A stretch of DNA of 64,000 bases from an uncultured delta proteobacterium (GTDB taxonomy: Bacteria; Desulfobacterota; Binatia; UBA9968), in NCBI GenBank assembly GCA_963755715.1, contig CAVWLW010000030.1:1-64000 (forward strand), given 5' to 3'. A program made the position numbers and the translations under genes. Positions 45,126-54,614 of the stretch are shown piece after piece (within the stretch, counting starts at the first letter, position 1; each line of letters starts with the position of its first letter). The notes under the pieces were generated by a model. The model searched no databases. It was not told the origin of the DNA and saw only the letters and a list, made by a program, of their open reading frames with translations.

Positions 45126-46235
45126 CTACGTCAGATGATTCTTTGACGGCAAAACCACTCTAAAGGTCGTCCCCATTCCGGGTGTGCTCGAATAGTCGAT
45201 GGAGCCCTTATGTGCCTCGACAATTTGCCGTGCGATCGCTAGGCCCAAGCCCGTTCCATTCGGTTTGGTCGAGCGAAATAGGTCGAAGACATTCAGGCCC
45301 AGCGGAATCCCTTGACCGGTATCGGCAATTTCAATGCAGGCATTGCCGTTGTTCGCATAACATTTGGCCGTCAACGTTCCACCTTGGGGCATCGCTTCGA
45401 AGGAATTTTTGATTAAATTGAGAAAGACCTGTTTAAGCTTGTCCGCGTCGCCCGAGACTTGCGGCACGTCCGGATCGAATTGCTCGACGATTGCAACTTT
45501 TTCTTGGAGAGATTCCGGCAGCAGCAGCGCAATCAGCCCGCGTACGAGTTCTGTTGGTTGGACGCGCCGGCAATTAACTTGCTGCGGGTATGAGAGCGTA
45601 TGAAAGTCGTTGAGCAGCGTTTGCAGCCGGCCAATCTCGTTTTTTAGATCCTGCACCGTGCTCACGATCATTTCTTTGCTGAGATTGAAATTATTTTGTA
45701 ACGACCGTTCTAAAAATTGTACGGTTGTCGACATGCCGTTTAGCGGATTTCGGATCTCATGAGCCAACATGGCCGTCGCCGTCCCGATCGCCGCCATATG
45801 CCCTTTTTCTTTTAGGCGCTCCTGGAGTTCTTTTTGCTCACTGTCGTCGCTTAAAAGAATGAGATGCCCCTTGACGGCTCCTGTGTCATCACGCAACGCC
45901 AGCGCCTCCAACTGCGCATACAAATACGACCCGTCTTTGCGCTGCAGCCAGTCGGAAATGACAACGCTATTTTGGCGCTGCGCCTTTTCAATCGTTTGTT
46001 GCCATTTAGTTTCACCGGTCGGCGCAACTCTGAAAAGCGTCGGAAAATGGACGCCTTCCATTTCTTGACTCGGATAACCTAGAATCTTTTCCGTCCCTCG
46101 GTTGGAACGAACGACTTCATCCTCGAGGCCAAGAAATAAAATAGCGTAATTGGTCAAATTGCCCATCAAGCTTTCATCGAGCGACGAGGGGTGGATTGGT
46201 TTCGGGGTCAAAGCTGACAATTCTCGTTTTTCCAC
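45126..46235 (-). CDS. Soluble PAS-domain sensor histidine kinase (NtrB-like)
   Basis: PAS (N.G.EKILGY..RKDGS), H-box AHEIRNPL, N-box QVFLNLIKNS, DTGQGI, GTGLGL; no TM. Confidence 0.92.
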   Translation of the reverse strand: MEKRELSALTPKPIHPSSLDESLMGNLTNYAILFLGLEDEVVRSNRGTEKILGYPSQEMEGVHFPTLFRVAPTGETKWQQTIEKAQRQNSVVISDWLQRKDGSYLYAQLEALALRDDTGAVKGHLILLSDDSEQKELQERLKEKGHMAAIGTATAMLAHEIRNPLNGMSTTVQFLERSLQNNFNLSKEMIVSTVQDLKNEIGRLQTLLNDFHTLSYPQQVNCRRVQPTELVRGLIALLLPESLQEKVAIVEQFDPDVPQVSGDADKLKQVFLNLIKNSFEAMPQGGTLTAKCYANNGNACIEIADTGQGIPLGLNVFDLFRSTKPNGTGLGLAIARQIVEAHKGSIDYSSTPGMGTTFRVVLPSKNHLT

Positions 46236-46507
46236 GGCAAATCGACTGTCTCAACACTGAGAATTTGGCGACGATTCTATCGGGTGGCCATAGAGTGTTT
46301 CAGCATGGCGACAGGCCAGCTCTCTCTACTCTCAATCTTGGTACACGCATAGTCCTAAATCAACCCATCTCTGCTGAAAACCATTCACGATGTGCGATGT
46401 GGCGGTTAATTCTGGCGGCAAATGAGGCGATTTCCCTTCAGATGCTGATTTGAACCAGCTTGTTATGCCACTCGCGAGACGATGGTTTCGTATCGTCTCG
46501 TTTTTCC

Positions 46508-46522
46508 GGGAACAACGCTTGC
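46508..46522 (+). promoter_or_regulatory. Possible sigma54 promoter (weaker match)
   Basis: GGGAAC-AACGC-TTGC(A); GG/GC spacing preserved. Confidence 0.45.
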
Positions 46523-46585
46523 ACTTACATGGCGTTAAATGGCGCTACGAATCTTTTGCGACAGATTAAAGCTTAAAGTGCGGCA

Positions 46586-48151
46586 ATGAGTAAACATCTT
46601 TCGCCGTTGGTCGCCGCAATGCTGCGGCCGGAGTTTTACCCGGACAAACCCGCCGAGGTGGAGCTTCGGCAAACCCACATATCATACGTATTTATCGCCG
46701 GAGCCCGTGTTTATAAGGTCAAGAAAAACGTCAAATTTCCTTTTTTAGATTATTCGACTTTAGACAAACGTCGCCACTTCTGCGCGGAGGAAGTGCGCCT
46801 AAACCGGCGGCTAGCGCCGAGCACCTACCTGGGCACTGTCGGGATTTGCCGCGTGGGAACAGCCTTCTCCCTCAATCGAGACTCAAGCCACCCTGCCGAA
46901 GAATATGCGGTCGAGATGAACCGGCTCCCCGACTCTCGAATGCTTAGCGCGTTATTGCGTCACGATGCGGTTGATTCGGAGTGTTTGATCGCGATCGCAA
47001 CAAAACTTGCCGCTTTTCACGCGCGCGCGCCTTCCGACAAAGCGGCGATTTACGGCTCGCCGCAAACGATCGCCGCTAATCTTCGAGAAAATTTCCGCGC
47101 CACCCGGCCATTCGTCGATCGCACGATTACCGGACCTTCCTTCAAGACCATAAAAGCCTACAGCGAGGCGTTTCAAAAGGAGCACGCCGCGCTCATCGCC
47201 GGGCGAATGGCTCAAGGCCGCGTCCGCGAAGGCCACGGCGATTTGCGCGCGGAACATATCTGCTTGGTGGGCGAAATAGAAATCTTCGATTGCGTGGAAT
47301 TCGATGCAGCGCTCCGATATGGCGACATCGCCTCGGACATTGCTTTTCTCGCGATGGATTTAGATTTTTTCGGCTGCGCGCACTTATCGCGTCAGTTCGA
47401 AAGCGCCTACGCAGCAGCGGCACGCGATCCGGCAATGGCAACCTTACTGCCCTTTTATAAATGTTACCGCGCCTATGTCCGCGGTAAAGTCGAGAGCCTC
47501 AAAAGCGAGGAGCAAGAAATTTCCTCCGCCGATCGCCAACGCGCGTCTCTGCAGGCGTTGCGTTACTTCTGTCTGGCGACCCGATATACCGAAAGTCGGC
47601 GAAAGCCGATCCTGCTAATCGTTTGCGGCCTGATCGCGACGGGAAAATCGACCGTAGCCGGATTGGTTTCCAATCTGACGGGCTTTCCGGTTTTCAGTTC
47701 CGATCAGGTCCGGAAAAAACTCGCCGGCATGGCGCCGACGAGCCGGCGAACCGACAAATTCCAACAAGGCATCTACGCCGAGCAATTCACCGAGCAAACG
47801 TACGCGAGTTTACTCGAGGCGGCGGAGCAATGCCTGGCGAGGGGCAACGGCGTTATTATCGACGCCACTTTTGCGGCGCCGCGATATCGTAATCAATTTC
47901 TTGATCTGGCCGGCCGCTTCAACGTTCCGGTGCTCTTCATTGAATGTCGGAGCGCAGAAAGAACCATCCGCGAGCGGCTCGCCGCAAGGGAAAAAGATCC
48001 GAACGAAGTCTCTGATGCGACCTGGGCGGTTTATCGAACAATGCGCGAGCAATTTAAGGCATTCTCGGAACTACCCAAGAATTGCCACATTGAATTGAAC
48101 ACCGATCGGAATCTCGCGCGCGCTCTAGGTAAATTGCAGGCGAAGCTGTGA
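46586..48151 (+). CDS. Phosphotransferase-fold plus P-loop kinase fusion (Rv2004c-like, AAA_33)
   Basis: QTHISYVF, EVRLNRRLAP, REGHGDLRAEHI, FDCVEF, YRAYVRGKV; CGLIATGKST, SDQVRK, IIDATF, SDAT. Confidence 0.9.
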   Translation: MSKHLSPLVAAMLRPEFYPDKPAEVELRQTHISYVFIAGARVYKVKKNVKFPFLDYSTLDKRRHFCAEEVRLNRRLAPSTYLGTVGICRVGTAFSLNRDSSHPAEEYAVEMNRLPDSRMLSALLRHDAVDSECLIAIATKLAAFHARAPSDKAAIYGSPQTIAANLRENFRATRPFVDRTITGPSFKTIKAYSEAFQKEHAALIAGRMAQGRVREGHGDLRAEHICLVGEIEIFDCVEFDAALRYGDIASDIAFLAMDLDFFGCAHLSRQFESAYAAAARDPAMATLLPFYKCYRAYVRGKVESLKSEEQEISSADRQRASLQALRYFCLATRYTESRRKPILLIVCGLIATGKSTVAGLVSNLTGFPVFSSDQVRKKLAGMAPTSRRTDKFQQGIYAEQFTEQTYASLLEAAEQCLARGNGVIIDATFAAPRYRNQFLDLAGRFNVPVLFIECRSAERTIRERLAAREKDPNEVSDATWAVYRTMREQFKAFSELPKNCHIELNTDRNLARALGKLQAKL

Positions 48152-48204
48152 ATGCGAAATTCACAGCTCGCCGCAATTCTGCGAGTTCCTACGAGCCAAA
48201 CGTC

Positions 48205-48825
48205 TTAAGCAACGGCTCGTACCGCCGCGGGCGTCGCCAGCCGACGATGGACCGTGTCCCAATCGACGTTGGCGAAAAATGCTTCAATATACTTACCGCG
48301 CTCCGCCGGTTTGTAGTCGAGTAGAAAGGCATGCTCCCAGACGTCCATGACCAAAATCGGTTTGAAACCGGACGGCACCCCGTCCTGATGCAGCGCAACC
48401 CAATGATTCGAAAGTCGCTCGGTTACCGGGTCCTGATACAAGATGGCCCAGCCGACGCCGCGCATTTCTCCGACGGCGGCAAACGCCTGATGCCAGTTGT
48501 CGAAACCGTCGAAGCACTGCTCGACGGCGTGCTTGAAATCGGCGGACGGACTGCCTTTGCCCTTTGCCGCAAGGTTTTCAAAATAATACTCGTGCAACAC
48601 CATGCCGCCGTATTCGAATCCCAAGCGACGGGTCAGCTCGGCGTAAGCCGGGTCTTTTCCTGACGCCTCTTTGTTGCGGATGATTTCAGCAATTTGCTCG
48701 TTGAGTAAATTGGTATTTTTCACGTAGCCTTCGTAAAGGCCAAAGTGCATTTTCAAGGTCTCGTCCGATATTCCCTTCAATCCGGAGAGCTTAAATTCCT
48801 TCGCTTTGTAAGTAGAATGCGCCAT
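48205..48825 (-). CDS. Fe/Mn superoxide dismutase family protein (ChrC-like type)
   Basis: MHFGLYEGYV, LHEYYFENL, GVGWAIL, MDVWEHAF; ATG at 48825 with AAAGGA SD. Confidence 0.9.
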   Translation of the reverse strand: MAHSTYKAKEFKLSGLKGISDETLKMHFGLYEGYVKNTNLLNEQIAEIIRNKEASGKDPAYAELTRRLGFEYGGMVLHEYYFENLAAKGKGSPSADFKHAVEQCFDGFDNWHQAFAAVGEMRGVGWAILYQDPVTERLSNHWVALHQDGVPSGFKPILVMDVWEHAFLLDYKPAERGKYIEAFFANVDWDTVHRRLATPAAVRAVA

Positions 48826-48862
48826 TGTTCTTCCTTTCGTCGATAAGATTCTTCTAAATAAC

Positions 48863-48877
48863 GCAAAGGTGATACCA
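48863..48877 (-). promoter_or_regulatory. sigma54 promoter of the SOD gene
   Basis: Minus strand TGGTAT-CACCT-TTGC; palindrome CGTCGCGAAAGTGGGACA at 48897-48914. Confidence 0.65.
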
Positions 48878-49010
48878 AATTTTGCCTGCTGCGGGCCGTC
48901 GCGAAAGTGGGACAAATACATAGCTCGATATGTGCCAAATTTAAGAAGCGAAACGGCCGGTCGCCCGTTCGATTTGGCTATAAAAGAGCCATCCTTGTCG
49001 TCGAGCGCCA

Positions 49011-49025
49011 TGGCACGTCTGTTGC
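49011..49025 (+). promoter_or_regulatory. sigma54 promoter of usp-psiE
   Basis: TGGCAC-GTCTG-TTGC, 13 nt before the ATG, which would give a near-leaderless transcript. Confidence 0.72.
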
Positions 49026-49038
49026 GCATTAAAAAAGA

Positions 49039-49552
49039 ATGGCAGATCGTCAGCATATTTTGGTTGCTATCAATGATTTTCCGATGACACAGCATCTTGA
49101 AGACTGCTTGCGGAAAACGGTTAAAGACCGAACTGCAGTGACGATCCATCTGTTTCATGCGCTCGGGCCGTTGCCGCCGCAACTGCTCGAATCACGCGGA
49201 GCTGAGGATCCCACAGACGAAAAGAAAGTCGAAGCCGAGCAAATTCAACAGCAAGAGTCTTGGTTTATTCGCGCACGGCAAGAAGCCGAACTTCTCTTGC
49301 AAACCGCAACAGCTCGGCTGCGAGATCTTTCTGTCTGACACCGAGATTAAATCTCATTTTGTCCTGCTGTATCAGCGCGAAGATCTGGTCGCCGAAATTC
49401 TTAAAGCGGCGCATCACAATGATTGTGCAACGATTATCGTCGGCCACAAATCCTACCCCTGGCTGCGCGAGCAGTTCCATGCGCATACCGCTGTGCAATT
49501 GAAATCGGCTTCACCGGACGTAACGGTTTGCGCCGTAGCCGTAAATGTATAG
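49039..49552 (+). CDS. Universal stress protein (frameshift near 49335)
   Basis: HILVAIND, IHLFHAL.PLPPQLLE; in the next frame EILKAAHHNDCATIIVG..VTVCAV. Confidence 0.8.
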
Positions 49553-49606
49553 TACCGGGTTGGCAAACCAGTGAATACGTGATGGCCCCTTCGACTAAAG
49601 ATCTTA

Positions 49607-50116
49607 ATGGCTAAGAGCATCCAAGTCCCGCTACGTGAAAAGCTGTCACTTGCGTTTACGCTGATTGAAGACACTATTTACGTCGGACTTGGTCTGCTGC
49701 TCGCCGGTGTCGCCGCCGCTCTGCTCGTCACTGAAATCGTTTTCTTCAGCCAGTACATTCTTGCTGGAGAATTGTCCGACAACATCGTTATGCTGCTCGA
49801 CCGCATCCTGCTCATTATTATCTTTGCTGAAGTCTTGTACACGGTGCAGGTTTCTTTTCGCCAGCACATGCTCCAGCCCGGCCCGTTTTTGGTCGTGGGA
49901 CTGATCGCTGTAACTCGGCGGATCCTTGTCCTCACGGCCGAACTACCCAAAATGGTGAAAGAAAACGAAGCGATTTTCTACAATGCCATGATCGAACTTG
50001 GCTTGCTCACCGTTTTGATCGTGGCGTTGGTGGTTTCCCTACGGCTGATTCGGCCAAGCGATCCCAATGCCGCGGCGGAAGACAAATCGACGCCACAAAT
50101 TAAACGCGGGGCCTGA
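49607..50116 (+). CDS. PsiE-family membrane protein
   Basis: Four TMs, LDRILLIIIFAEVLYTV, PFLVVGLIAVTRRILV. Confidence 0.85.
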   Translation: MAKSIQVPLREKLSLAFTLIEDTIYVGLGLLLAGVAAALLVTEIVFFSQYILAGELSDNIVMLLDRILLIIIFAEVLYTVQVSFRQHMLQPGPFLVVGLIAVTRRILVLTAELPKMVKENEAIFYNAMIELGLLTVLIVALVVSLRLIRPSDPNAAAEDKSTPQIKRGA

Positions 50117-50187
50117 TGGCTCATAGCGAGCGCACACTGTGGGGAGAAGTTTTTGAATTTACCAGCCCATCGGCGCTGAATTAGGGC

Positions 50188-50502
50188 TCAATTGCGCGAT
50201 CCAGTAATTCTGAACAGCTCGCGTTTGGACGCCTGCTGCAAAAGCCCGGATACTTGCTGTGACCATGAATGAAAATCGCCATTCGCTGTTACTTTTTGGA
50301 TTTGCGTTTCGAGCGCGCCGAGATCCTCCGCTTCCTGCTCGAACAGCAAATCCGGCGCGCCGATCGAGCCAAAATGCGTGCGCATGATTCTTGGCTTGCT
50401 CCCGCCGGCTTCTTCAACCCATTTGAGAAGCTTCATGAGCTTGCCTTCGACCTCATCGGTTTTTCCGGGCAATGTGTGAAAACTCAATCGCGATAAAAAC
50501 AC
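50188..50502 (-). CDS. Hypothetical small alpha/beta protein
   Basis: GGAGGG SD, GTG start, 104 aa, directly downstream of the DUF883 gene. Confidence 0.7.
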   Translation of the reverse strand: MFLSRLSFHTLPGKTDEVEGKLMKLLKWVEEAGGSKPRIMRTHFGSIGAPDLLFEQEAEDLGALETQIQKVTANGDFHSWSQQVSGLLQQASKRELFRITGSRN

Positions 50503-50535
50503 GACCTAAGCCCTCCAATAAAACAAGATTGAATA

Positions 50536-50856
50536 TTAAAACTGTTCTTTGTCCAGACAGCGACTCCACACAAGAAAACCCACGGCCGCGCCGGTCAGGA
50601 CACCTAACGTTATCCACGGCCTCGCCTGGACGTAAGAGATCGCTACATCCGCTCCATGTCGGGCTTCTTTCAAAATATCTTCCTTCTGAATGAGCTGATC
50701 TCTTATCGACTGTAAGGTTCGGCGCACTTGTCCGCGTAACGAGGACAAGCCGTCATCCGCCTGCTCGGCCGTGGCTTTCATTAACTCTTCCACGTCTTCC
50801 GTCAGCGTTTTGAGATTAGATAACAGCCTTTGGCGCGCAATTTCGGCTCGGGTCAT
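50536..50856 (-). CDS. DUF883 (ElaB/YqjD) family tail-anchored protein
   Basis: LKTLTEDVEELMKATA..YVQARPW followed by a C-terminal TM. Confidence 0.85.
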   Translation of the reverse strand: MTRAEIARQRLLSNLKTLTEDVEELMKATAEQADDGLSSLRGQVRRTLQSIRDQLIQKEDILKEARHGADVAISYVQARPWITLGVLTGAAVGFLVWSRCLDKEQF

Positions 50857-50912
50857 ATAAATTCTCCCGCATCTAAACTTCACGACCGATTATGGTATGG
50901 TTAGGTTTTAAA

Positions 50913-50927
50913 GCAAGTTATGTGCCG
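50913..50927 (-). promoter_or_regulatory. sigma54 promoter of the DUF883 unit
   Basis: Minus strand CGGCAC-ATAAC-TTGC(T). Confidence 0.7.
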
Positions 50928-51226
50928 AATTTGATTTCCTATCCTTAAATAAATTGTGACAACAGTGAAGGATTAAATGCTTTTAGTTTGTCCGCACGCC
51001 TCTCACAGTTTCACAATGTTGAAAAAGTCGCGGCGAGTGCAACCGACCGGCGGTGGTTGTACGAAAAACTCAGACAGAGAAGAAGAAAAACTCAGAATTG
51101 AAGATTTATTTAGATCGCGGCGTGCGCGTTAGAGAGGGAATCAGGAGTTAGCCGTAGACGTTGATCGATAATTCGACGGAGAAATCGACGAGGGAAAATG
51201 AAACGCCTCTGGGCTTCGATTGAAAA

Positions 51227-51439
51227 CTATTGCCAGGTTACCGCGTCCGTGATCACGATTTCTTCGGAAGAAACTAACGACTGTGTGCCGTCATCCCAAT
51301 GCACGTTGACCAATTGCCCGCCCTCGCCTTCGAGTTCGTAGACAATAGTTCCTTCCGTCGCGGCTCCGATCGTTCCTTCGATATCTAAAATCTCGGTCGC
51401 CGCGCGGCAACGTATTCCTTTCAGCGTAACATCTATCAT
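51227..51439 (-). CDS. Small hypothetical acidic beta-rich protein (70 aa)
   Basis: GAGGG SD, ATG; GTIV..LVNVHWDDG pattern suggests an SH3-like barrel (inference). Confidence 0.6.
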   Translation of the reverse strand: MIDVTLKGIRCRAATEILDIEGTIGAATEGTIVYELEGEGGQLVNVHWDDGTQSLVSSEEIVITDAVTWQ

Positions 51440-51624
51440 CGGCGCGCCCTCGTGGTCTCGTCGAAAACGACTTGACGGTCTTTGGTCTCAAGAAGGGCAA
51501 CTTTAAACATGAAAATTTGTTCAAATCAACTGTAAAAAAACCTTTGCGCCGATAAAGTTTCGCCACGCTCGTTGCGAAAGCAGCGCTAGCCAACCAGCAG
51601 CCCACCATCGACAATCGAGGGAAG

Positions 51625-52956
51625 CTACGAAATCAACGCCACCTGAAGATCCATGACGTTGGTCAAGGTCGGACCTGTGACTAATAAATCGTCCGTAGCG
51701 CGTAAGAAATGATAGGAATCGTTTCTATTTAGAAAATCTCTTGCGTCGAGACCTTTGGCTTTGCCGCGCTCGACGGTTGATCCGTCGATAATTCCACCGG
51801 CGGCATCCGTAGGTCCGTCCGTGCCATCCGTGCCGCCGCTCAAGAGAACGGCATCCTTCAGCCCGTCGATTTCAATTGCCGCCGCGAGAGCGAACTCTTG
51901 ATTGCGGCCGCCCACGCCATCGCCGGAAACCGTGACCGTGGTTTCGCCGCCCGAGATCACGCAGGCGGGACGAGGAATCGGTTTGTCGGTCCGCGCAATC
52001 TCTTGCATCAACGAGGCGTGCGATCTGGCCACGGCTCTGCTTTCGCCCTCGATAGAATCGCCAAGAATCATCGTATGATAGCCGAGCGCGTCGGCGCGCT
52101 GGCGCGCCGCCTCTACGGCGATGCGATTGCTGCCAATGACGACGTTTTGGACTTTCTGAAAGATCGCGTCCGAAGGTTTCGGCGTCTCGTCATGCTTGCC
52201 GTCGGCGCCGCTTTGCAAATAATCGATCACCGCCGATGGAATCCGATCGTGAAGCCGGTAGCGACGAAGTATCTGCAAACACTCGTCGTAGGTGCTGTTA
52301 TCGGGAGCAGTGGGGCCGGACGCAATGGCATCGAGCGCGTCGCCGACGACATCGGAAAGGATCAACGCGATCAAACGCGCGGGCGCTACGAGTTTCGCAA
52401 GCTGCCCGCCTTTCAATCGCGAAAGATGTTTTCGCAGCGCGTTGATTTCACCGATGCCGGCTCCGCTTTTTAAAAGAGCCTCGGTGGCTTGTTGCTTATC
52501 AGCGAGCGATAAGCCGTCAGCCGGAAAAGGCAAAAGCGCCGAACCGCCGCCCGAAATCAGAAACAAGACCAGGTCCCGTTCCTCGCAGTTGTGGAGGAGC
52601 TCCACAACCCGCCGCGCGCCATCGAGTCCGGCTTGATCGGGAATCGGATGACCCGCTTCAACGACGCGGATCTTCTTCAGCGGCAGGCCGTGGCCGTACT
52701 TCACGACGATGACGCCGTCCGCGATTTTATCCCCGAGCAATGCTTCGACAGCCGATGCCATCGGCGCGCTCGCTTTACCGCAACCGGCGACAAAGATGCG
52801 GCGAATCGATGCTAACTCGTAGGCGCGGCCGGCGACGTGGAGCCGATCGCCGCGAAGTCGAAGGTTAGTCTTAACCGCTGCGCCAGGATCCGACGCGATT
52901 AAAGCGGCGCTGAAAATATTCCGGGCGTGCGTCCGCAGTTCGTTCAGAGATGGCAT
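51625..52956 (-). CDS. Glycerate kinase type 2 (MOFRL / TtuD family)
   Basis: GCGKAS, EAGHPIPD, LISGGGSAL, LILSDVVGD, GGETTV, GGRNQE, GTDGTDG, TLTNVMD. Confidence 0.95.
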   Translation of the reverse strand: MPSLNELRTHARNIFSAALIASDPGAAVKTNLRLRGDRLHVAGRAYELASIRRIFVAGCGKASAPMASAVEALLGDKIADGVIVVKYGHGLPLKKIRVVEAGHPIPDQAGLDGARRVVELLHNCEERDLVLFLISGGGSALLPFPADGLSLADKQQATEALLKSGAGIGEINALRKHLSRLKGGQLAKLVAPARLIALILSDVVGDALDAIASGPTAPDNSTYDECLQILRRYRLHDRIPSAVIDYLQSGADGKHDETPKPSDAIFQKVQNVVIGSNRIAVEAARQRADALGYHTMILGDSIEGESRAVARSHASLMQEIARTDKPIPRPACVISGGETTVTVSGDGVGGRNQEFALAAAIEIDGLKDAVLLSGGTDGTDGPTDAAGGIIDGSTVERGKAKGLDARDFLNRNDSYHFLRATDDLLVTGPTLTNVMDLQVALIS

Positions 52957-53045
52957 TTGCCGGAGCCTATCATGACGATAGCCAATAGGTCACACGTGCG
53001 GGGAAATGCGCCGGAACGAAACGACGACCAGATCAATCGTCAATT

Positions 53046-53453
53046 CTATCGAGGGGATGATGCTTGAGGCTGAGGATCAAACAGGCGGAATCCACCAAAA
53101 CCATATTCACCGATTTCCTTCCCGGTGCTCGCGTCATAGATATCGATCAACATGTTCTTTTCCGGATGTCCCGCGAGAAAGCGCGAAAAGATCTCGACGA
53201 ATTCTTCTTGCTCAACGGCATTGGCCTTTGAAAAGCCTTCACCGACGAAAAGTCGGTGCGGTCTTTTGCTGCTGTCGAGTCTCACCCAGTAGCGGGAACC
53301 GTTGGACCCTACTTTATCGAGCCACTTACGGTATTCCGAGACTCGAGCTTCGATTTCTTTGAAGTTGAGGTTTTGCGCTGACGCAAGAGGGGAAAAAAAA
53401 CATGCGGATGCCAGGATAAAAATTGCTATTTTTCCCGACATCCGCATGGTCAC
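53046..53453 (-). CDS. Hypothetical secreted protein
   Basis: Signal peptide ending ASA-Q; directly follows the OmpA-family gene. Confidence 0.7.
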   Translation of the reverse strand: MTMRMSGKIAIFILASACFFSPLASAQNLNFKEIEARVSEYRKWLDKVGSNGSRYWVRLDSSKRPHRLFVGEGFSKANAVEQEEFVEIFSRFLAGHPEKNMLIDIYDASTGKEIGEYGFGGFRLFDPQPQASSPR

Positions 53454-53469
53454 GATCTAGTCTGCGAAA

Positions 53470-54177
53470 TCAGTTAACTTTGATTTCGACTCTGCGATTC
53501 TTCGCTCGACCTTCTGCGGTCTTGTTGTCAGCGATCGGTTTGCTTTCGCCGAATCCCTGTCCGGAAACTCGGCCACCGTCAACGCCTTTCTTCACGACAT
53601 AGTCCTTCACCGAAGCAACACGCCGCTCGGACAACCCTTGGTTGTACCTCTCGGTGCCAACGTTATCGGTGTAGCCCGACAAATTGACCTTCTTGTCTTT
53701 GTTCTCGTTCATGAAAGCAACCAGCCGATCCAATATGGCCCCGGCTTCAGGCTTGACGTTGCTCTTGTCGAAGTCAAAGAGAACATCGTCCAAAATAATC
53801 GTCCGCTCAACCGGTGCCGGTTTTGGCGGAGGTGGCGGTGGTGGCGGTGGCGGCGGTGGTGGCGGCTTCGGCGCCGGCGGCGGTGGTGGTGGCGGTGGAG
53901 GCGGCGGTGGTGGCGGTGGCGGTGGTGGCTCTTGAGCGATCAAATATGCCAACCCGCCACATATCAATGCCCCAGTCACTAAACCGATCGCGGCTCCAAT
54001 ACCCTCATTTACGTGACTGCCGTTTATTCCGTGGTGTGCGACCGCGGCACCCACTCCAGCTCCGCCCGCACCGCATGCTGCAGCTCCAACCAATGCGCTT
54101 TGGGTCTTGGACATTCCCGCACAGCCCGTCAAGAAAAACCCTAGCGCGGTTAAGGCCAGGTGTTTGCTTGTTTTCAT
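53470..54177 (-). CDS. OmpA-family lipoprotein with glycine zipper and poly-proline linker
   Basis: Lipobox LTGC; VLFDFDKS, GYTDNVG, YNQGLSERR, GFGESKP, NRRVEI; GGAGG SD before the ATG at 54177. Confidence 0.92.
   Translation of the reverse strand: MKTSKHLALTALGFFLTGCAGMSKTQSALVGAAACGAGGAGVGAAVAHHGINGSHVNEGIGAAIGLVTGALICGGLAYLIAQEPPPPPPPPPPPPPPPPPPAPKPPPPPPPPPPPPPPKPAPVERTIILDDVLFDFDKSNVKPEAGAILDRLVAFMNENKDKKVNLSGYTDNVGTERYNQGLSERRVASVKDYVVKKGVDGGRVSGQGFGESKPIADNKTAEGRAKNRRVEIKVN
53824..53928 (-). repeat. (CCN)n codon tract encoding runs of about 18 and 14 prolines
   Basis: Imperfect GGY trinucleotide repeat on the plus strand. Confidence 0.9.
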
Positions 54178-54214
54178 CTCTGCCTCCCAAAAATGCTCAC
54201 AAAATTTCGCCCAA

Positions 54215-54242
54215 AATATGACAAGGCACCCCCTGCTGTCAA
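54215..54242 (-). promoter_or_regulatory. Possible sigma70 promoter of the OmpA-family gene
   Basis: Minus strand TTGACA-N16-CATATT. Confidence 0.45.
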
Positions 54243-54614
54243 GCAAATAATTAAGAAATTTTTGAACCAACTACTTTATACGTACCGGGAGAGCCAAATA
54301 AGGCGCTAAATAGTGTAATTCCCCTTCATCTGGCACAATCTATAGGTGTACAAAGCCTGCCGTGCCCGCAGGTAAAATGAGCCGACAATACCGCGTGAAG
54401 GTTTTGAGATCGGTGCTTCGGTGCTAGGGTGTGCGCGCACTTGGCGAGGGCGAGCGCCAAAATCGAGCGGTCTAACAGCCTACGGCCGCGGTTGTGCAGC
54501 GAAATCGCTTATATATCAGGCAAAAAGGGAAAGTCGAATTAATCAGGGTGGCGAGATCGATCGCCGCGTTTGGATTTGGTTGCCGGGCAATTTTTCAACG
54601 TGTATCGTTTTCAG

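Noticed and set aside
48826-49182. Long N-terminal extension on the SOD ORF (similar extensions on ahpC, htrA, hemerythrins, mscL, ompA)
   Set aside because: Family homology and SD sequences start at downstream ATGs, and the extensions mostly run through promoter regions.
53638-54221. Poly-Gly, Arg/Trp-rich and Val/Ala-rich plus-strand ORFs
   Set aside because: Antisense shadows of the poly-proline OmpA gene.
54441-54497. c-di-GMP-I (GEMM)-like riboswitch upstream of the YdbH-like gene
   Set aside because: Two hairpins and a GGTCTAA..TACGGC segment are suggestive, but I could not find the P1 stem, GNRA loop or GGCAAA core; it would need an Infernal hit.
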